From Haliotis rufescens (lineage: Eukaryota): DNA of 64,000 nt. Below are positions 40,848 through 52,879 of the stretch, one piece after another. A model generated the notes under the pieces. It worked only from the letters and a program-made list of their open reading frames with translations, was not told the DNA's origin and searched no databases. Both the position numbers and the translations under genes were made by a program. The first letter of the stretch is position 1; the number at the start of each line of letters is the position of its first letter. The stretch is from positions 3,782,001-3,846,000 of the forward strand of contig NW_025964013.1 in assembly GCF_023055435.1 (NCBI RefSeq), read 5' to 3'.

Positions 40848-41223
40848 TCTACCCACCTGTACATATCGTCACCTCTAACATTATTCAGTTCTGGTATATA
40901 AACAGGATCGGATCACCTACACAAATCCTCACAATTTCCATCTCCAACTTTTAGATCTTGTTAAGGAACACCTTTGGTCTTCTTTAAAAATAGCTAGAAT
41001 CAGTTTTACTCAAGGAAGACAATGCCTTCGTCCTTCGCCAATTTTTATATAGTTTCTATTCTTTGATCTACATTATTAATAATTACAATTGTGAAGACAT
41101 CAAAACTTTAAATTCATGCGACCGACGTGCGTAATCACATTAGACAATAGAGTGACACAGATGTAAATGTCAGACGTGTTGACACCATCGCTGTCGAGTA
41201 TATCGTTAATATTACATAACTTC

Positions 41224-41489
41224 GGACCCGTGAAGATCCGGGGTAGAATAGGTCTTCAGCAACCCATGCTTGCCGTAACAGGCGACTATGCTTGTCGTAA
41301 AAGGCGACAAACGGGATCGGGGGGTCAGACTCGCTGGTTGATGCATGGCATTGTATCCCAATTGCGTAGATCAATGCTCATGATGTCAATTACTTGATTG
41401 TTTGGTCCAGACTCGATTATTTGCAGACCGCCGCCATATAGCTGGAATATTGCTGAATGCGGCGTCAAACAACAAACACACACCAAAAA
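41224..41489 (+). mobile_element. SINE-like family B, reference copy
   Basis: 10-bp TSD ACATAACTTC (41214-41223 and 41490-41499). Begins GGACCCGTGAAGATCCGGGGTAGAATAGG. Confidence 0.92.
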
Positions 41490-41649
41490 ACATAACTTCT
41501 CATGTACGTAATTAGGTTCGTCCCTAATAAGAGTCACATTTGTGATCTTTCCAACACTAATGTTTACTGACGCTATGCCTCAAAAGGCTTTATTGTAATT
41601 AGTGTTAGGTTCTACTGCAAATGGATTATGGTACGAGAACTGCGTGTAT

Positions 41650-42042
41650 TGGTTATTGTTCAGGGAAATTCACCTCACCTTCTTCCAATCATTGACCGCC
41701 AGAGGGAGCTGTTTCAACAGGACAACGCTCCACCACACACAGCTCGTGTCACGGTAGACTACCTTCATAATGCCAACATCAACGACTTCCCCTGGCCGTA
41801 TAGGATCTCTAGATCTCAACCCAATCGTACCCCTCTGGGATGAACTCGATCGACGTGTACGTCAACGTCAGAACACGCCGCAGACACTCCCACAACTGGT
41901 CAACGCGTTACAAGCAGAATGGAGCAGAAATCCGCAGGACAGATATCGTGCACTTATCAAGAAAGTGCCGAGGAGATGCAGAGCCGTGATTGCTGCAAGG
42001 GGCGGTAACACAGTTGAGTTCAGCGCAACATTGTGGCCTTAT
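41650..42042 (+). mobile_element. Tc1 3' fragment, same family as 60494-61984
   Basis: Near-identical to 61381-61801 (LLPIIDRQRELFQQDNAPPHTARVTVDYL). Confidence 0.9.
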
Positions 42043-42659
42043 AGCGTCCCCAGTTGAAGTTATTTTTAGACATTGAGGAATTCCCATAAAGTAGTTGTGT
42101 ATGTCTCCGCTCGACTGACAATGTAATCACGCGACATTTGACCTTCATGAGGAAATGAACGAAAGCTAAATTGGTCGTGTTCATCTAGGCGAGGTCATAG
42201 TCACCCACTACAGTCAATATTGCTCGTAGTAGAGTTCACTTTCGACTTAACCGTTTGAAGAGTATGTTTTATATCAAACTGTTCTCAATGTTAGTAACGG
42301 TGGTATGAGTTAACGGTGTGAAACTGTATCATTTTGTTCTTTGCGTGTGACAAGGTGTCTGTGATCTTAATAAAATCAGTCTGCATGGCAGTTCGCCATT
42401 TTGGTCTAAATCGTAGTCAGTGCCCAGTGTGGAACCTTCAGGTTGGCGTTTCTTTTCTTGTTCAGATTTTTCATCAACTATATGTTCAATATCTGTGTCT
42501 GTTTAGTGATAATTTACAAGTATGTTAGGGCCTGCTTCTTTAAAGGTAAACGTTAATTGTTCAATCTTCCGAGGATCCGATGTGAACACTATTTGTTTGA
42601 TCCACGCATGCAAAAAGCGTTAGGGTTAATCTCCAACATCCTATAAATGAAAAATAAGG

Positions 42660-42889
42660 TTGGTTGTAAAAGGCGACTATGCTTGTCGTGGGAGGCGACT
42701 AACGGGATCGGGTGGTCAGGCTGGTTGACTTCATTGATGCATGTCATCGTATCCCAATTGCGTGGACCGATGCTCATGATATCAATCACTGGATTGTCTG
42801 GTCAAGACTCGAATATTTACAGACCGCCGTCATATGGCTAGAATATTGCTGAGTGCGGCATTAAACAACAAACCAGCCAACCAACCAAC
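42660..42889 (+). mobile_element. SINE-like family B, 5'-truncated
   Basis: Runs from GTAAAAGGCGACTATGCTTGTCG to the (AACC)n tail. Confidence 0.88.
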
Positions 42890-43093
42890 CTCGTTGTTCA
42901 GATGATGGGCTGGGATTTTGTCTGGAGATATTTTTTCAGCTGCAAAACCAGATATAACATTAATTATAACTATGGGCCTGGATGTTTTTGTCAATGCAAT
43001 TTTTCGGGCAGACAAAGTTTTCTGGAACAGTCTGAAGCATAATTATTTTTCAAAAATTTTCTCGAGAAATTAGTTGTTGTTTTTTCTCATAAT

Positions 43094-43610
43094 ATACCGA
43101 ACGCCAGTTGTCCGACTCCCCATTGTCCTCGGTGCCTTGGGTTTGGTGCCTCCCAATCTGTTGACTGACATTGGAAGAGTGCCCGTGTTTGCTGTCAGAA
43201 ATACAACCCTTCTGACATCCTGGGTAATGTAGTCGGCTGCAGTCTTCACATTCTCCGAAACGTTCTCGTTGGATGCGACAAGGCAGCACTTCCTGGGAGA
43301 AGTCCCATTCGCTGTCTGGGCTGACTGACTTTAGGAGAGTACCCGGGTTTGCTTCCAGGAATACAACCCTTCTGACAATATGTGTAATGCAGAAGGCTGC
43401 AGTGGTTGGGAGTCCTCACATTCTCCGAAAGGTTCTGGGTGGGTTTGAGTAGGCAACGCTTCCTGGGAGTCCCGCTCGCTGTCTCGGCTGCATGTAGAGG
43501 GGGCAAAGGCCCTGAGCTGATGATGAGCCTAACTAGCCTGACACTGCCAGCATCACCCAAACCCTCTTTGATATATTTTTTTATTTTAATCTGTAAATGA
43601 TAATAATAAA
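43094..43610 (+). mobile_element. Two stacked R4/Dong-like 3' ends
   Basis: LPIVLGALGLVP...LHILR segment (43094-43322) is immediately followed by a second copy of the same segment plus the 3' UTR, ending TGATAATAATAA. Confidence 0.82.
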
Positions 43611-43619
43611 TATAGAAAT

Positions 43620-44360
43620 AACGATTATCGTGAAGGTTCTTCATTGAAAAACTATTGAGCACTTTTGCATACATCTATTTGTCTGATGACCCTCTTGTGA
43701 AGCAAGGCATTCCACAGTTTTCTTAAACGAACCAAGGATTTGGGACATATAATCGCAAAGTCAATATTGTTTATGTTGATGGTTTTGTATTGCAGAACGG
43801 CATATAAATGAGTATCAACCAAGCGAAGTGCCATATCAAATCAGTCCAGACTCAGTTTTTCAAGCAGAAGCTACCTGGTCGACCACTGCATCGAGTTTAT
43901 GTGCAGTGGGTTGAGAGGATCAGCAAGCCCGCAGAGTCCTTCGCTTGGATGAAGTCGACTGGCCTGCAAAGTGAAACAGAAGGCTTTCTGTTTGCTGCTC
44001 CAGACCAGTCACTTCCCACCCGAAATTGTCAATGTGTGATTTTGTATAAAAATGTGATTATGGAGAGGCTCGATCCTTTTATTATCATCTTCGCCATACT
44101 TGTTGTTTTGACACAGAGGTAAATCCATGGTACGACCCAGAATATGCAGAGTGCGTCATGGACAATGATAAAACCAAATTCTTTAGAATGGGCCCACATA
44201 CAGCCTTGGACCTATCCAGCCCAACAAAACTGATCTTGTTCTTTCTCATAATTCCAATGAAATTATCTATATCATTTAATTGTCTGTCCCTTTTACAGGA
44301 ACGTGGCTCTGCTTGGATTAGTTCTTCGGGTGGAATGGTGTACAATACCAAGGGCAACCA
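43620..44360 (+). mobile_element. R4/Dong-like LINE internal fragment
   Basis: GRPLHRVY..SFAWMKSTGLQSETEGFLFAAPDQSLPTRN, PWYDPEY..MDNDK. Homologous to 46800-47455. Confidence 0.85.
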
Positions 44361-44689
44361 TACGCAAGATAATCAACATTATGTCATCAAATGTGTCGTG
44401 CATGTATCGCCCAATTTATCGACATGAATAATCATTAAACCTTCACTATCATTTCATCAGTTCCCATATATATATATATGTATATATGTATGTATATGTT
44501 TGCATCGCGTGTGTTCTCCAAAGAAAACCAAATTAAAGAATCCCCTTAAAAATTAATAACCTACTTACTGGAACTGATTCAACACAACTTGAAGACACAA
44601 CTTGAAGGCCCTCTGCCCAGCAGTACATGTAAGTGTGTTAATGATAAGATATTGAGCATTAACTTTTTAAAATATCTCTGGTCCAAAGG

Positions 44690-45170
44690 ATGTATAACTC
44701 AAGATCGCCATGTAGTAGTACAAATTAGCCCCTTACCTTACACCTCACACACATTCCCGATACCATATTGTAACCACTGCAAATATTAGCTTGGATCTGA
44801 GGAGTAATAAAGCGGTATCCTTGGTGAGAGATCCCACTCCCGTTACAAAGAGGGGCATTAAGGAATTGGAAACACGGCACTTAACTATGTTCAAGGAGCT
44901 GTACTTCACTAAGCCTCAAGATACGCTCATTATACTCTTAGTAGTAATGGGTAATTGAATCCCTCATGACACATTTCTTGCCTGGAAGCCTCGATTTATA
45001 TTGATGTTTGGCCTATTAAGCATTTATTTGCCATTGACCTTGATCACGATTATCTGATCATACCTCCTGATAGGACAGATGGTTATAAGCATAAAGATAT
45101 GCTCAGAAGCAACTCAGGGCTTAAATATTGATAAGTGGCCAAGCAATACCAACAACCAGGTTTTCACTAC
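44690..45170. repeat. Diverged dispersed duplicate, homologous to 11160-11620
   Basis: See the 11160-11620 entry. Same orientation. Confidence 0.7.
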
Positions 45171-45261
45171 CGGTTCCTTCGCAACAAATCCTTTTGAATA
45201 CAGGTATCTTCTGAGAGCTGTCAGAAGGAGGTTTGGTACACATAGTTAACTTACAACTAAC

Positions 45262-45502
45262 TTTGTGTTTGTTTGTTGTTTAACGCCCCACTCCGCACAG
45301 TCCAGCTATATGACGGCGGTCTGTAAATAATCGAGTCCGGACCAGACAATCCAGTGATTGACATGAGCATCGATCCACGCAATTGGGATACGATGACATG
45401 CATCAACCAAATCAGCGCGCCTGACCACCCGATCACGTTAGTCGCCTCCTACGACAAGCATGGCCGCCTTTTAGGGCAAGCATATGTTCTGAGGACCTAT
45501 TC
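45262..45502 (-). mobile_element. SINE-like family B, slightly 5'-truncated
   Basis: Reverse complement starts GAATAGGTCCTCAG and ends in an (AAAC)n tail. Confidence 0.88.
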
Positions 45503-46169
45503 ATGAGTCATGTTCCTGGACACAATGGTTGATTCATAGGTGCACAGCAGCTTCGCGGGAAGCTTTAAAGGTTGCATGCAGAACGTGATTCTTGCTGGGT
45601 GAGCGTAAAATGCGCATGATCTGGACACAGTGAATGTCTGTTGAGTCTGATGTTCATAGTCATGTGCAAGAAGGAAATAGATATCTTTCTCTAAGTTACA
45701 GAATAGTAAACTAGGATAGTGCAGAAAAGAATAGAAAAAAAAAATATATTTGAGAGAGTTATCCATTTACACTGTTTACATACGCTAATTAAACACCAAC
45801 TTCATTCTAAGTTTCAGATTTATTTCATTTTATGTTATTACATTTTCATTGTTCATGACAATCAAGGGGATTTCACGTTTAGCTGATTGCTAGGTAAGTT
45901 CGTGTTTAGTTAATTGAGTTGAGTTTCTACAGCGAACCATCGGTAGCAGAGCGTGGTAGATCTGAAAATGGGCTTGTTAGGTGGTAATAGTGACTGGTAT
46001 TGCTAGGTCTTAGAGTCAAAGTACCTGTCATATAGATAGGATAGATTTCAGGTGTAGTTTGATGATTGCTTCTTCACAATGGTTGATAAAGCAACAAGCA
46101 TGTCTGATATGTCTGAAGATGAAATAATAAAGTCTGAAAAGGCTACAAGTATTAGGTTCAAAGTTTTGC

Positions 46170-46262
46170 ATTTTCGTGTAAAGGGTGCTGAACACAGGTA
46201 GTGTGCTGGTAATACAAGGATCATAATCAGGGCAAACATGAGATTCAAACCAGGGACCAGCG
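46170..46262 (-). mobile_element. SINE family C, very old fragment
   Basis: GGATCATAATCAGGGCAAACATGAGATTCAAACC resembles 20929-20961 and 30955-30988. Confidence 0.5.
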
Positions 46263-46596
46263 GACCCTGGCATGAACATGCAAATAAGACTGTGTGATCT
46301 GGCTGATTCTCTTGGTTAATACAACGACTGCGTGACCGTTGATTATATCATGTAGCACAAGCTTCGACGAAGACTCTGTTGATCACACTCGCCGCTATAT
46401 AGACACATAGCTGTTGTATTACCGACTGCAACGTAAACCACATTATCTTCATCTGTTCGATGTACTTCATACTTATCATTGTGGTTCATACTTTAATCAT
46501 GAGTATTATTTCAAATAAAACACAAAATAGTAATACAGTGTAGTTTCACAGAAGGAGAATGAAAACTAGATCCATGTTGATACTGTTTCGCGTTTA

Positions 46597-46624
46597 TAAT
46601 AATAATAATAATAATAATAATAAT
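46597..46624. repeat. (TAA)9 microsatellite at the 5' junction of an R4-like LINE
   Basis: Directly abuts the LINE coding remnant. Confidence 0.92.
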
Positions 46625-47525
46625 CCACAAATACTTATGTTCTTTTCGTATTCTTTTCGTGTTGTTGATTGGACGAAACAAGAAATTCAGGGTATTGACA
46701 CCCTCACACGAAGAATCATGTCAGACAATAGATCCCACCACGCTCTTCCCTCAATCGCTTATATTTACCAATTATGATGGGAGGGCGTGGTTTGATCAAT
46801 GTGGAGGCTCTTCATGATAGAATCGTTTTGTGCACTTTGGCACACATTTTTTAGTCTGATGATCCTCTTGTGAAGCATTTCAAGGCTCATGATGAAAACA
46901 AGACATTCCACAATTTTATTAAACGAGCCAAGGATGTGAGACATAGTCTCAAGGTCCGTGTTGATTTTGTTGATGGTTCCGTACTGCTGGACGGTACAGA
47001 AATTGGTGTCAACCAAGCGAAGTGCCATATCAAATCAATTTCAAGGAGACGCTATCTGAATGACCACTGCATCGGGTTTGTGTGCAGAGCGTTGAGGAAA
47101 TCAGCATCGTCTGGTCGGCTGGCCTAAAAATTGAGACTGAAGGCTTTCTGTTTTGCTGCTCAGGACCAGTCACTTCCCATTCGAAAGCGTCGATGTGTGA
47201 TTTAGCATCAAAATGTCAAAAATGAAATGTAGATTATGCAATGAATTCAATGATACTGTCCAACACATTGTCAGTGTATGCCCAGCGTTGGCACAAACAC
47301 AGGATCTAAAGCGACATGAGGGAGAGGTTCGATCATTTTATTACTGCCTTCGCCATGTTTGTGGTTTTGACACAGAGTTCCATCCATGGTACGACCCGGA
47401 ATATGTAGAAGGCGTCATGGAAAATGATAAATACAAAATTCTTTGGAATAGGCCGTATACAGACTCAAATCTAACCAGGCCTCTTTTGCTGCATTTTGTA
47501 ATTTTATCTGCAGATAGGTATAATC
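46625..47525 (+). mobile_element. R4/Dong-like LINE, 5'-truncated and internally deleted
   Basis: YSFRVVDWTKQEIQGIDTLTRRIM, GGRG, CRLCNEFNDTVQHIVSVCPALAQTQDLKRH, ENDKYKILWN, then a jump to the 3' UTR end CCTCTTTTGCTGCATTT. Confidence 0.88.
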
Positions 47526-47989
47526 ACCACAAGTTTGCCTTTTACGCTCACTGTAAACGCTAGATAATCGAGTCTAGTCTGGCGTTGGCGTTTCATATTT
47601 ATTTACCACTCAGATAATTCGGGGTGATGCTATTGTGTAGTTTGTCGTAAAGTTTATTTTGCGTTAGTTTTCAAAGTTTTACAAAATTTTAATATTCCAA
47701 TAAGTTTTTAATGAGCATTCAGTCGTCAGCTGAATAAAACCTTTGCGGGACAATCGCATTGTCGTAAGAGGGTCCGGTTTCATCCGGCGTGGTTGCGTCA
47801 CATATCTTGCAGATGTGGAGCTATTCCGGTCATATTTAGACTGAAATAGTGATACATGTTTCAGCGTCAAGCATATTTACTACATGTATATGTAGTCGTA
47901 TAGGTATAATCACAAGGTGAAATTAACGACGCGCGTACGTGCGTGCATGTGTGTTGCTGCTTGTAATAGTCCGGACAAGTCCAGTTCGC

Positions 47990-48170
47990 TGAGATACCAT
48001 GCCGAAGATTAAAATGGGCACCACACTCAGACACAGTATACTGACTCCAGACAGGGTAACAACCAGTATCATCTTTTATAGTCTTCTGGCATGAATAGAT
48101 TGGGAAGCGAACAACCGACCTTCCCCTCTCCGGGCCAAAGAAGGCAGAATACCCCATCTTAACAGTGTCA
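47990..48170 (-). mobile_element. Possible old SINE with V-domain-like body
   Basis: Reverse complement AAGACTATAAAAGATGATACTGGTTGTTACCCTGTCTGGAGTCAGTAT resembles my recollection of the V-SINE domain, preceded by a degenerate B box. Confidence 0.35.
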
Positions 48171-49439
48171 AGACTCACTGGACCCTTAATGCAAACTTTA
48201 TACTAACACTTAGATATTTGGATCCACGACTTTCGTTCTCGGTCATATAAAAACTACACAGTTTTGAACAATGTATTTCATTTAGAGCAAATTTCATGAA
48301 CAAAACTCAGGAACTGAGATGGAATTAAAGGCAAATGTCCATTGCTGCTTTCCCATGAACTATTGAGAATTTTGGATTAATGAATCACTGTGACTCTCTC
48401 CGTAGATCTGTTAGCACACCGTTCATGTGTAATGTCCTGTCAATTTTTCATTGATTCAAATCTGTTTCCTGCTTTCAATACCATAATTATAACTTTTTCA
48501 TCACACAATACTCTTGAAGACGTAATTGTAATTTCGGTTTCATCCCTCTCAAACGTGTCGTAATATTTCAATATATGGCAGCTGGAGCGCTGATCAAGTG
48601 ACACGGAAATAATATTACTACAACGGAAAATGTTGTCAGCATTGCTTCCTTTTCGTGAACACCTGGTATCAATAGTGTTTGATAGTTTTCACAAACACAA
48701 GATTATCTTTGATCTCATATTTTCCTGAGCCATTGTTTAGTTGAAGTGGGACTATAATTGTCCGCATGATGGAGCGGGAAGAACATTGCGCTGTATTTAT
48801 TTCCTGCTCTGTCGAGTGAGTACACATTGTAATTAGTTAGTGGTCGACCCGACGATTGCCCAGACGGTAGGATTTATGTACGTGCAACTTCAATTGTAAG
48901 TTTTTTTAATGTTATTTTATCATCATGATCTCGGTTCTCTATTAATGTAGATGGTTTTATAGTAGACAGTTAGGATATTTCTAAATTTGACGTATCAGTG
49001 ACAAAGATTATTTCCGATGAAAGTCTTTATTTTGACTTTTGACTGTCACATACGAGGCGCAACACCAGCACTACAACATATATCTCACACATAGTACTGT
49101 AGTACTGTGCTGTAGTGTAGTACTGTTGTCGTTATAGCGTTTTGTTGTGGTCTAGTGTAGAAACGCGTTGTAACTCGTACTACCGACACCACAACACAGT
49201 ACTTCAAAGACACTGCACTAAATCACAGCACAACCCTAGAACACAAGACAACACTACACTACATTACACTACACAACAAGACAACCCAGCACCACATTTA
49301 CGCACTTTACCAATACATAACGCAGAAATACACAACTGGACAGTATGCAATACAACATATACCTACACTTTTCTCAAACTCACACACGACACTACAGAAC
49401 AACTCAGCAATAAAACACAGGACAACCTTATATTACATT

Positions 49440-51722
49440 ACACCACTGCTACTCCACAATTCAGTACTACGCCACAACACAGCACTACACCATAACACAG
49501 TACTACACGACAACACAGCACTACACCATAACACAGTACTACACGACATCACAGTACTACGCCATAACACAGTACTACACGACAACACAGCACTACACCA
49601 CAACACAGTACTACACGACAACACAGCACTACACCACAACACAGTACTACACGACAACACAGCACTACACTATAACAAAGTACTGCACGACAACACAGCA
49701 CTACACCATAACACAGTACTACACGACAACACAGCACTATACAATAACACAGTACTACACGACAACACAGCACTACGCCACAACACAGCACTACGCCATA
49801 ACACAGCACTACATCATAACACAGTACTACACCATAACACAGCACTACGCCACAACACAGCACTACACGACAACACAGCACTACACCATAACACAGCACT
49901 CCGCCACAACACAGCACTACGCCATAACACAGCACTACATCATAACACAGTACTACACGACAACACAGCACTACACCATAACACAGCACTACACGACAAC
50001 ACAGCACTACGTCACAACACAGCACTAAGCCACAACACAGCACTACACGACAACACAGCACTACGCCATAACAAAGTACTACATGACAACACAGCACTAC
50101 ACCATAACACAGCACTACGCCACAACACAGCACTACACGACAACACAGTACTACATCATAATACACAGTACTACAAGACAACACAGTACTACGCCATAAC
50201 ACAGTACTACACGACAACACAGCACTACACCATAACACAGTACTACACGACAACACAGCACTACGCCAAAACACAGCACTACGCCATAACGCAGCACCAC
50301 ATCATAACACAGCACTACACGATAACACAGCACTACGCCGAAACACAGCACTACCCCATAACACAGCACTACACCATAACACGCCACAACACAGCACTAC
50401 ACCATAACAAAGTACTACACGACAACACAGCACTACGCCATAACACAGTACTACACGACAACACAGCACTACACAATAACACAGCACTACACGACAACAC
50501 AGCACTACGCCACAACAGAGCACTACGCCATAACAAAGCACTACATCATAACACAGTTTTACACGACAACAAATCACTACATCATAACACAGTACTACAC
50601 GACAACACAGCACTACACCATAACACAGCACTACACGACAACACAGCACTACGCCACAACACAGCACTACGGCATAACACAGTACTACACGACAACACAG
50701 CACTACACCATAACACAGTACTACACGACAACACAGCACTACACCATAACACAGCACTACACGACAACACAGCACTACGCGACAACACAGCACTACGCCA
50801 TAACACAGTACTACACGACAACACAGCACTACACGACAACACAGTACTACACAACACAGAACTACATCATAACACGCCACAACACAGCACTACATGACAA
50901 CACAGCACTACGCCACAACAAAGCACTACACGACAACACAGCACTACGCCACAACACAGCACTACGCCATAACACAGCACTACATCCTAACACGCCACAA
51001 CACAGCACTACGCCACAACACAGCACTACACGACAACACAGCACTACGCCATAACACAGTACTACACGACAACACAGCACTACACGACAACACAGTACTA
51101 CACAACACAGCACTACACCAACACAGAACTACATCACAACACAGCACTATGCCATAACACAGTACTACATCAAAACACAGCACTACGCCATAACACAGTA
51201 CTACACGACAACACAGCACTACGCCACACCACATTACATTACTACATCACAACACAACACTACGCCATAACACAGTACTACACCACAACACTGTACTACA
51301 GAACACCACAACACAGTACTACATCACAATACAGCACTAGGCCATAACACAGTACTACATCACAACACCACAACACTGTACTACAGAACACCACAACATA
51401 GCACAACACCACAGCACATTACTTCCCCACAACACAATATTAAACGAAAACACGGTACTGCGCCATAACACAGTACTAAACCACAACACAGTACTACACC
51501 ACAACACAATACTACCACACAACACAGTACTACGCCAAAACACAGTGCTATGCCACAACACAGTACTACACCACAACACAGCCCTACACCACCATACAGT
51601 ACCACACCACAATATGACAACGCAGAACTATACCACAACGCAGTACCACACGGCAACACAACAGTACACCGCAACACAATACTACACACATACACCACAA
51701 CACAGCACTACAACACAATACA
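49440..51722. repeat. 18-bp satellite, about 2.3 kb (about 125 units)
   Basis: Unit A(C/T)AACACAG(C/T)ACTAC(A/G)C(C/G). Homogeneous core with degenerate edges. Confidence 0.97.
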
Positions 51723-51729
51723 ACACCAT

Positions 51730-51826
51730 AACAATGTGTGAGGCCATATCTGGTGTCGACGTCCCCCCGTCGTGATATGGCTGGAAGATTGCTAAAGGTG
51801 GGGTAAAACCATACGCACTCACTCAC
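51730..51826 (+). mobile_element. SINE family A 3' half
   Basis: ACAATGTGTGAGGCCATATCTGGTGTC...GTAAAACCATACGCACTCACTCAC. Confidence 0.8.
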
Positions 51827-52860
51827 AATGTTTGTTAAATCCAACCGTCAGTGTCTCGTTAACATAAAACGTGAAAGACAGGGAATAATCAATCTCGATT
51901 ATCTGCCGAAAGAGATTCCATTGGGAATTAATGTGAACGGATCACTGAACATCAGTAAAGATACAAGCCGTTCGCGAATAGAGTAAGCGTGTTCTGCTCT
52001 TGCCGGTGCACCCCTCACTCACGGAAATGGCATAAAAAAATACATTTTCTTCCCTGAAACTGCACAGCAGTACACTTGCCGTACACCGGCAGCATATAAA
52101 CAATACAATTCTGGCCTAGCATCGCAGTGATAGTGGTCCAGACACTACAGTGAGACGACAGCGAGTTTATTGGTTTTGTTGAAAACATTTCCTTATAACG
52201 TTATACGAAAACGGGGAAATAATTATGCTCTCATTGTTTGTTATATTGTTCCAGGGATGAATAGTAAAACAAAAGGGTGGATTTGTCTCGATTTCATCAA
52301 GTGTGATTACCTGGTTTGAGAGTAATCATGCGTTCAAGGCAAGAATGTAAGATAATACGGATCGTTCAGAACTTCTAATTACATTTTAGATAATACAATA
52401 CGGTTTCATATACAAACCACAGACTGATTTCCATCATACAATCAGATCTTTAGAAGAAGACCCCATCACAATTTCTAAAACTATCGTCGCTAAGGAGACC
52501 AAATAGAAATTTACATCCGTCGTCATGCCGCCACGTTCTCGGTCAATTGTCCTGGTGTCTATCAATGATGATCATACCTGCAACTCATTGATGGAATTGT
52601 TCCCAATACGGACAGTCCTCCATACTATATGCACTGTAAACAAATCCACATGGCACGAGCATAATCACACGTCCGTCGCAATAGCTAACCAAGATAAAAA
52701 ATTACACCATTATGACAGCAGCTGGACAACATGGGCTATTTATTGAACAGCGAAAACTATATGATAAGGGAAACACATTTTATAACCATTAAAATCATTC
52801 AAAGGTTATTCAGTGTTATACCAACTATTCATATTTTATGTATTACCTGTTTGAATACCT

Positions 52861-52872
52861 GTTTATTTTCAG
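52861..52872 (+). promoter_or_regulatory. Putative splice acceptor of a 5'-UTR intron
   Basis: GTTTATTTTCAG lies 7 nt before ATG 52880. Equivalent TTTCTACT(T)TCAG lies 5-6 nt before the ATG of both pseudogenes (AG ending at 22861 and 33080). Confidence 0.6.
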
Positions 52873-52879
52873 GATTAAA

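Noticed and set aside
43505-43570. Hammerhead ribozyme in the R4-like 3' UTR (CTGATGA present)
   Set aside because: No GAAA core or compatible stems in either copy (43518, 27706).
45865-45876. NF-kB site GGGGATTTCA
   Set aside because: Imperfect single match, expected by chance, and the promoter position is unknown.
49433-51844. Cys/Val-rich ORFs up to 241 aa
   Set aside because: Translations of a stop-free 18-bp satellite, open in several frames.
52838-52879. Upstream ATG giving a 773-aa TLR (MYYLFEYLFIFRIK extension)
   Set aside because: It lies upstream of a splice-acceptor-like TTTTCAG conserved in all three paralogues, and the signal peptide and paralogue starts align to 52880.
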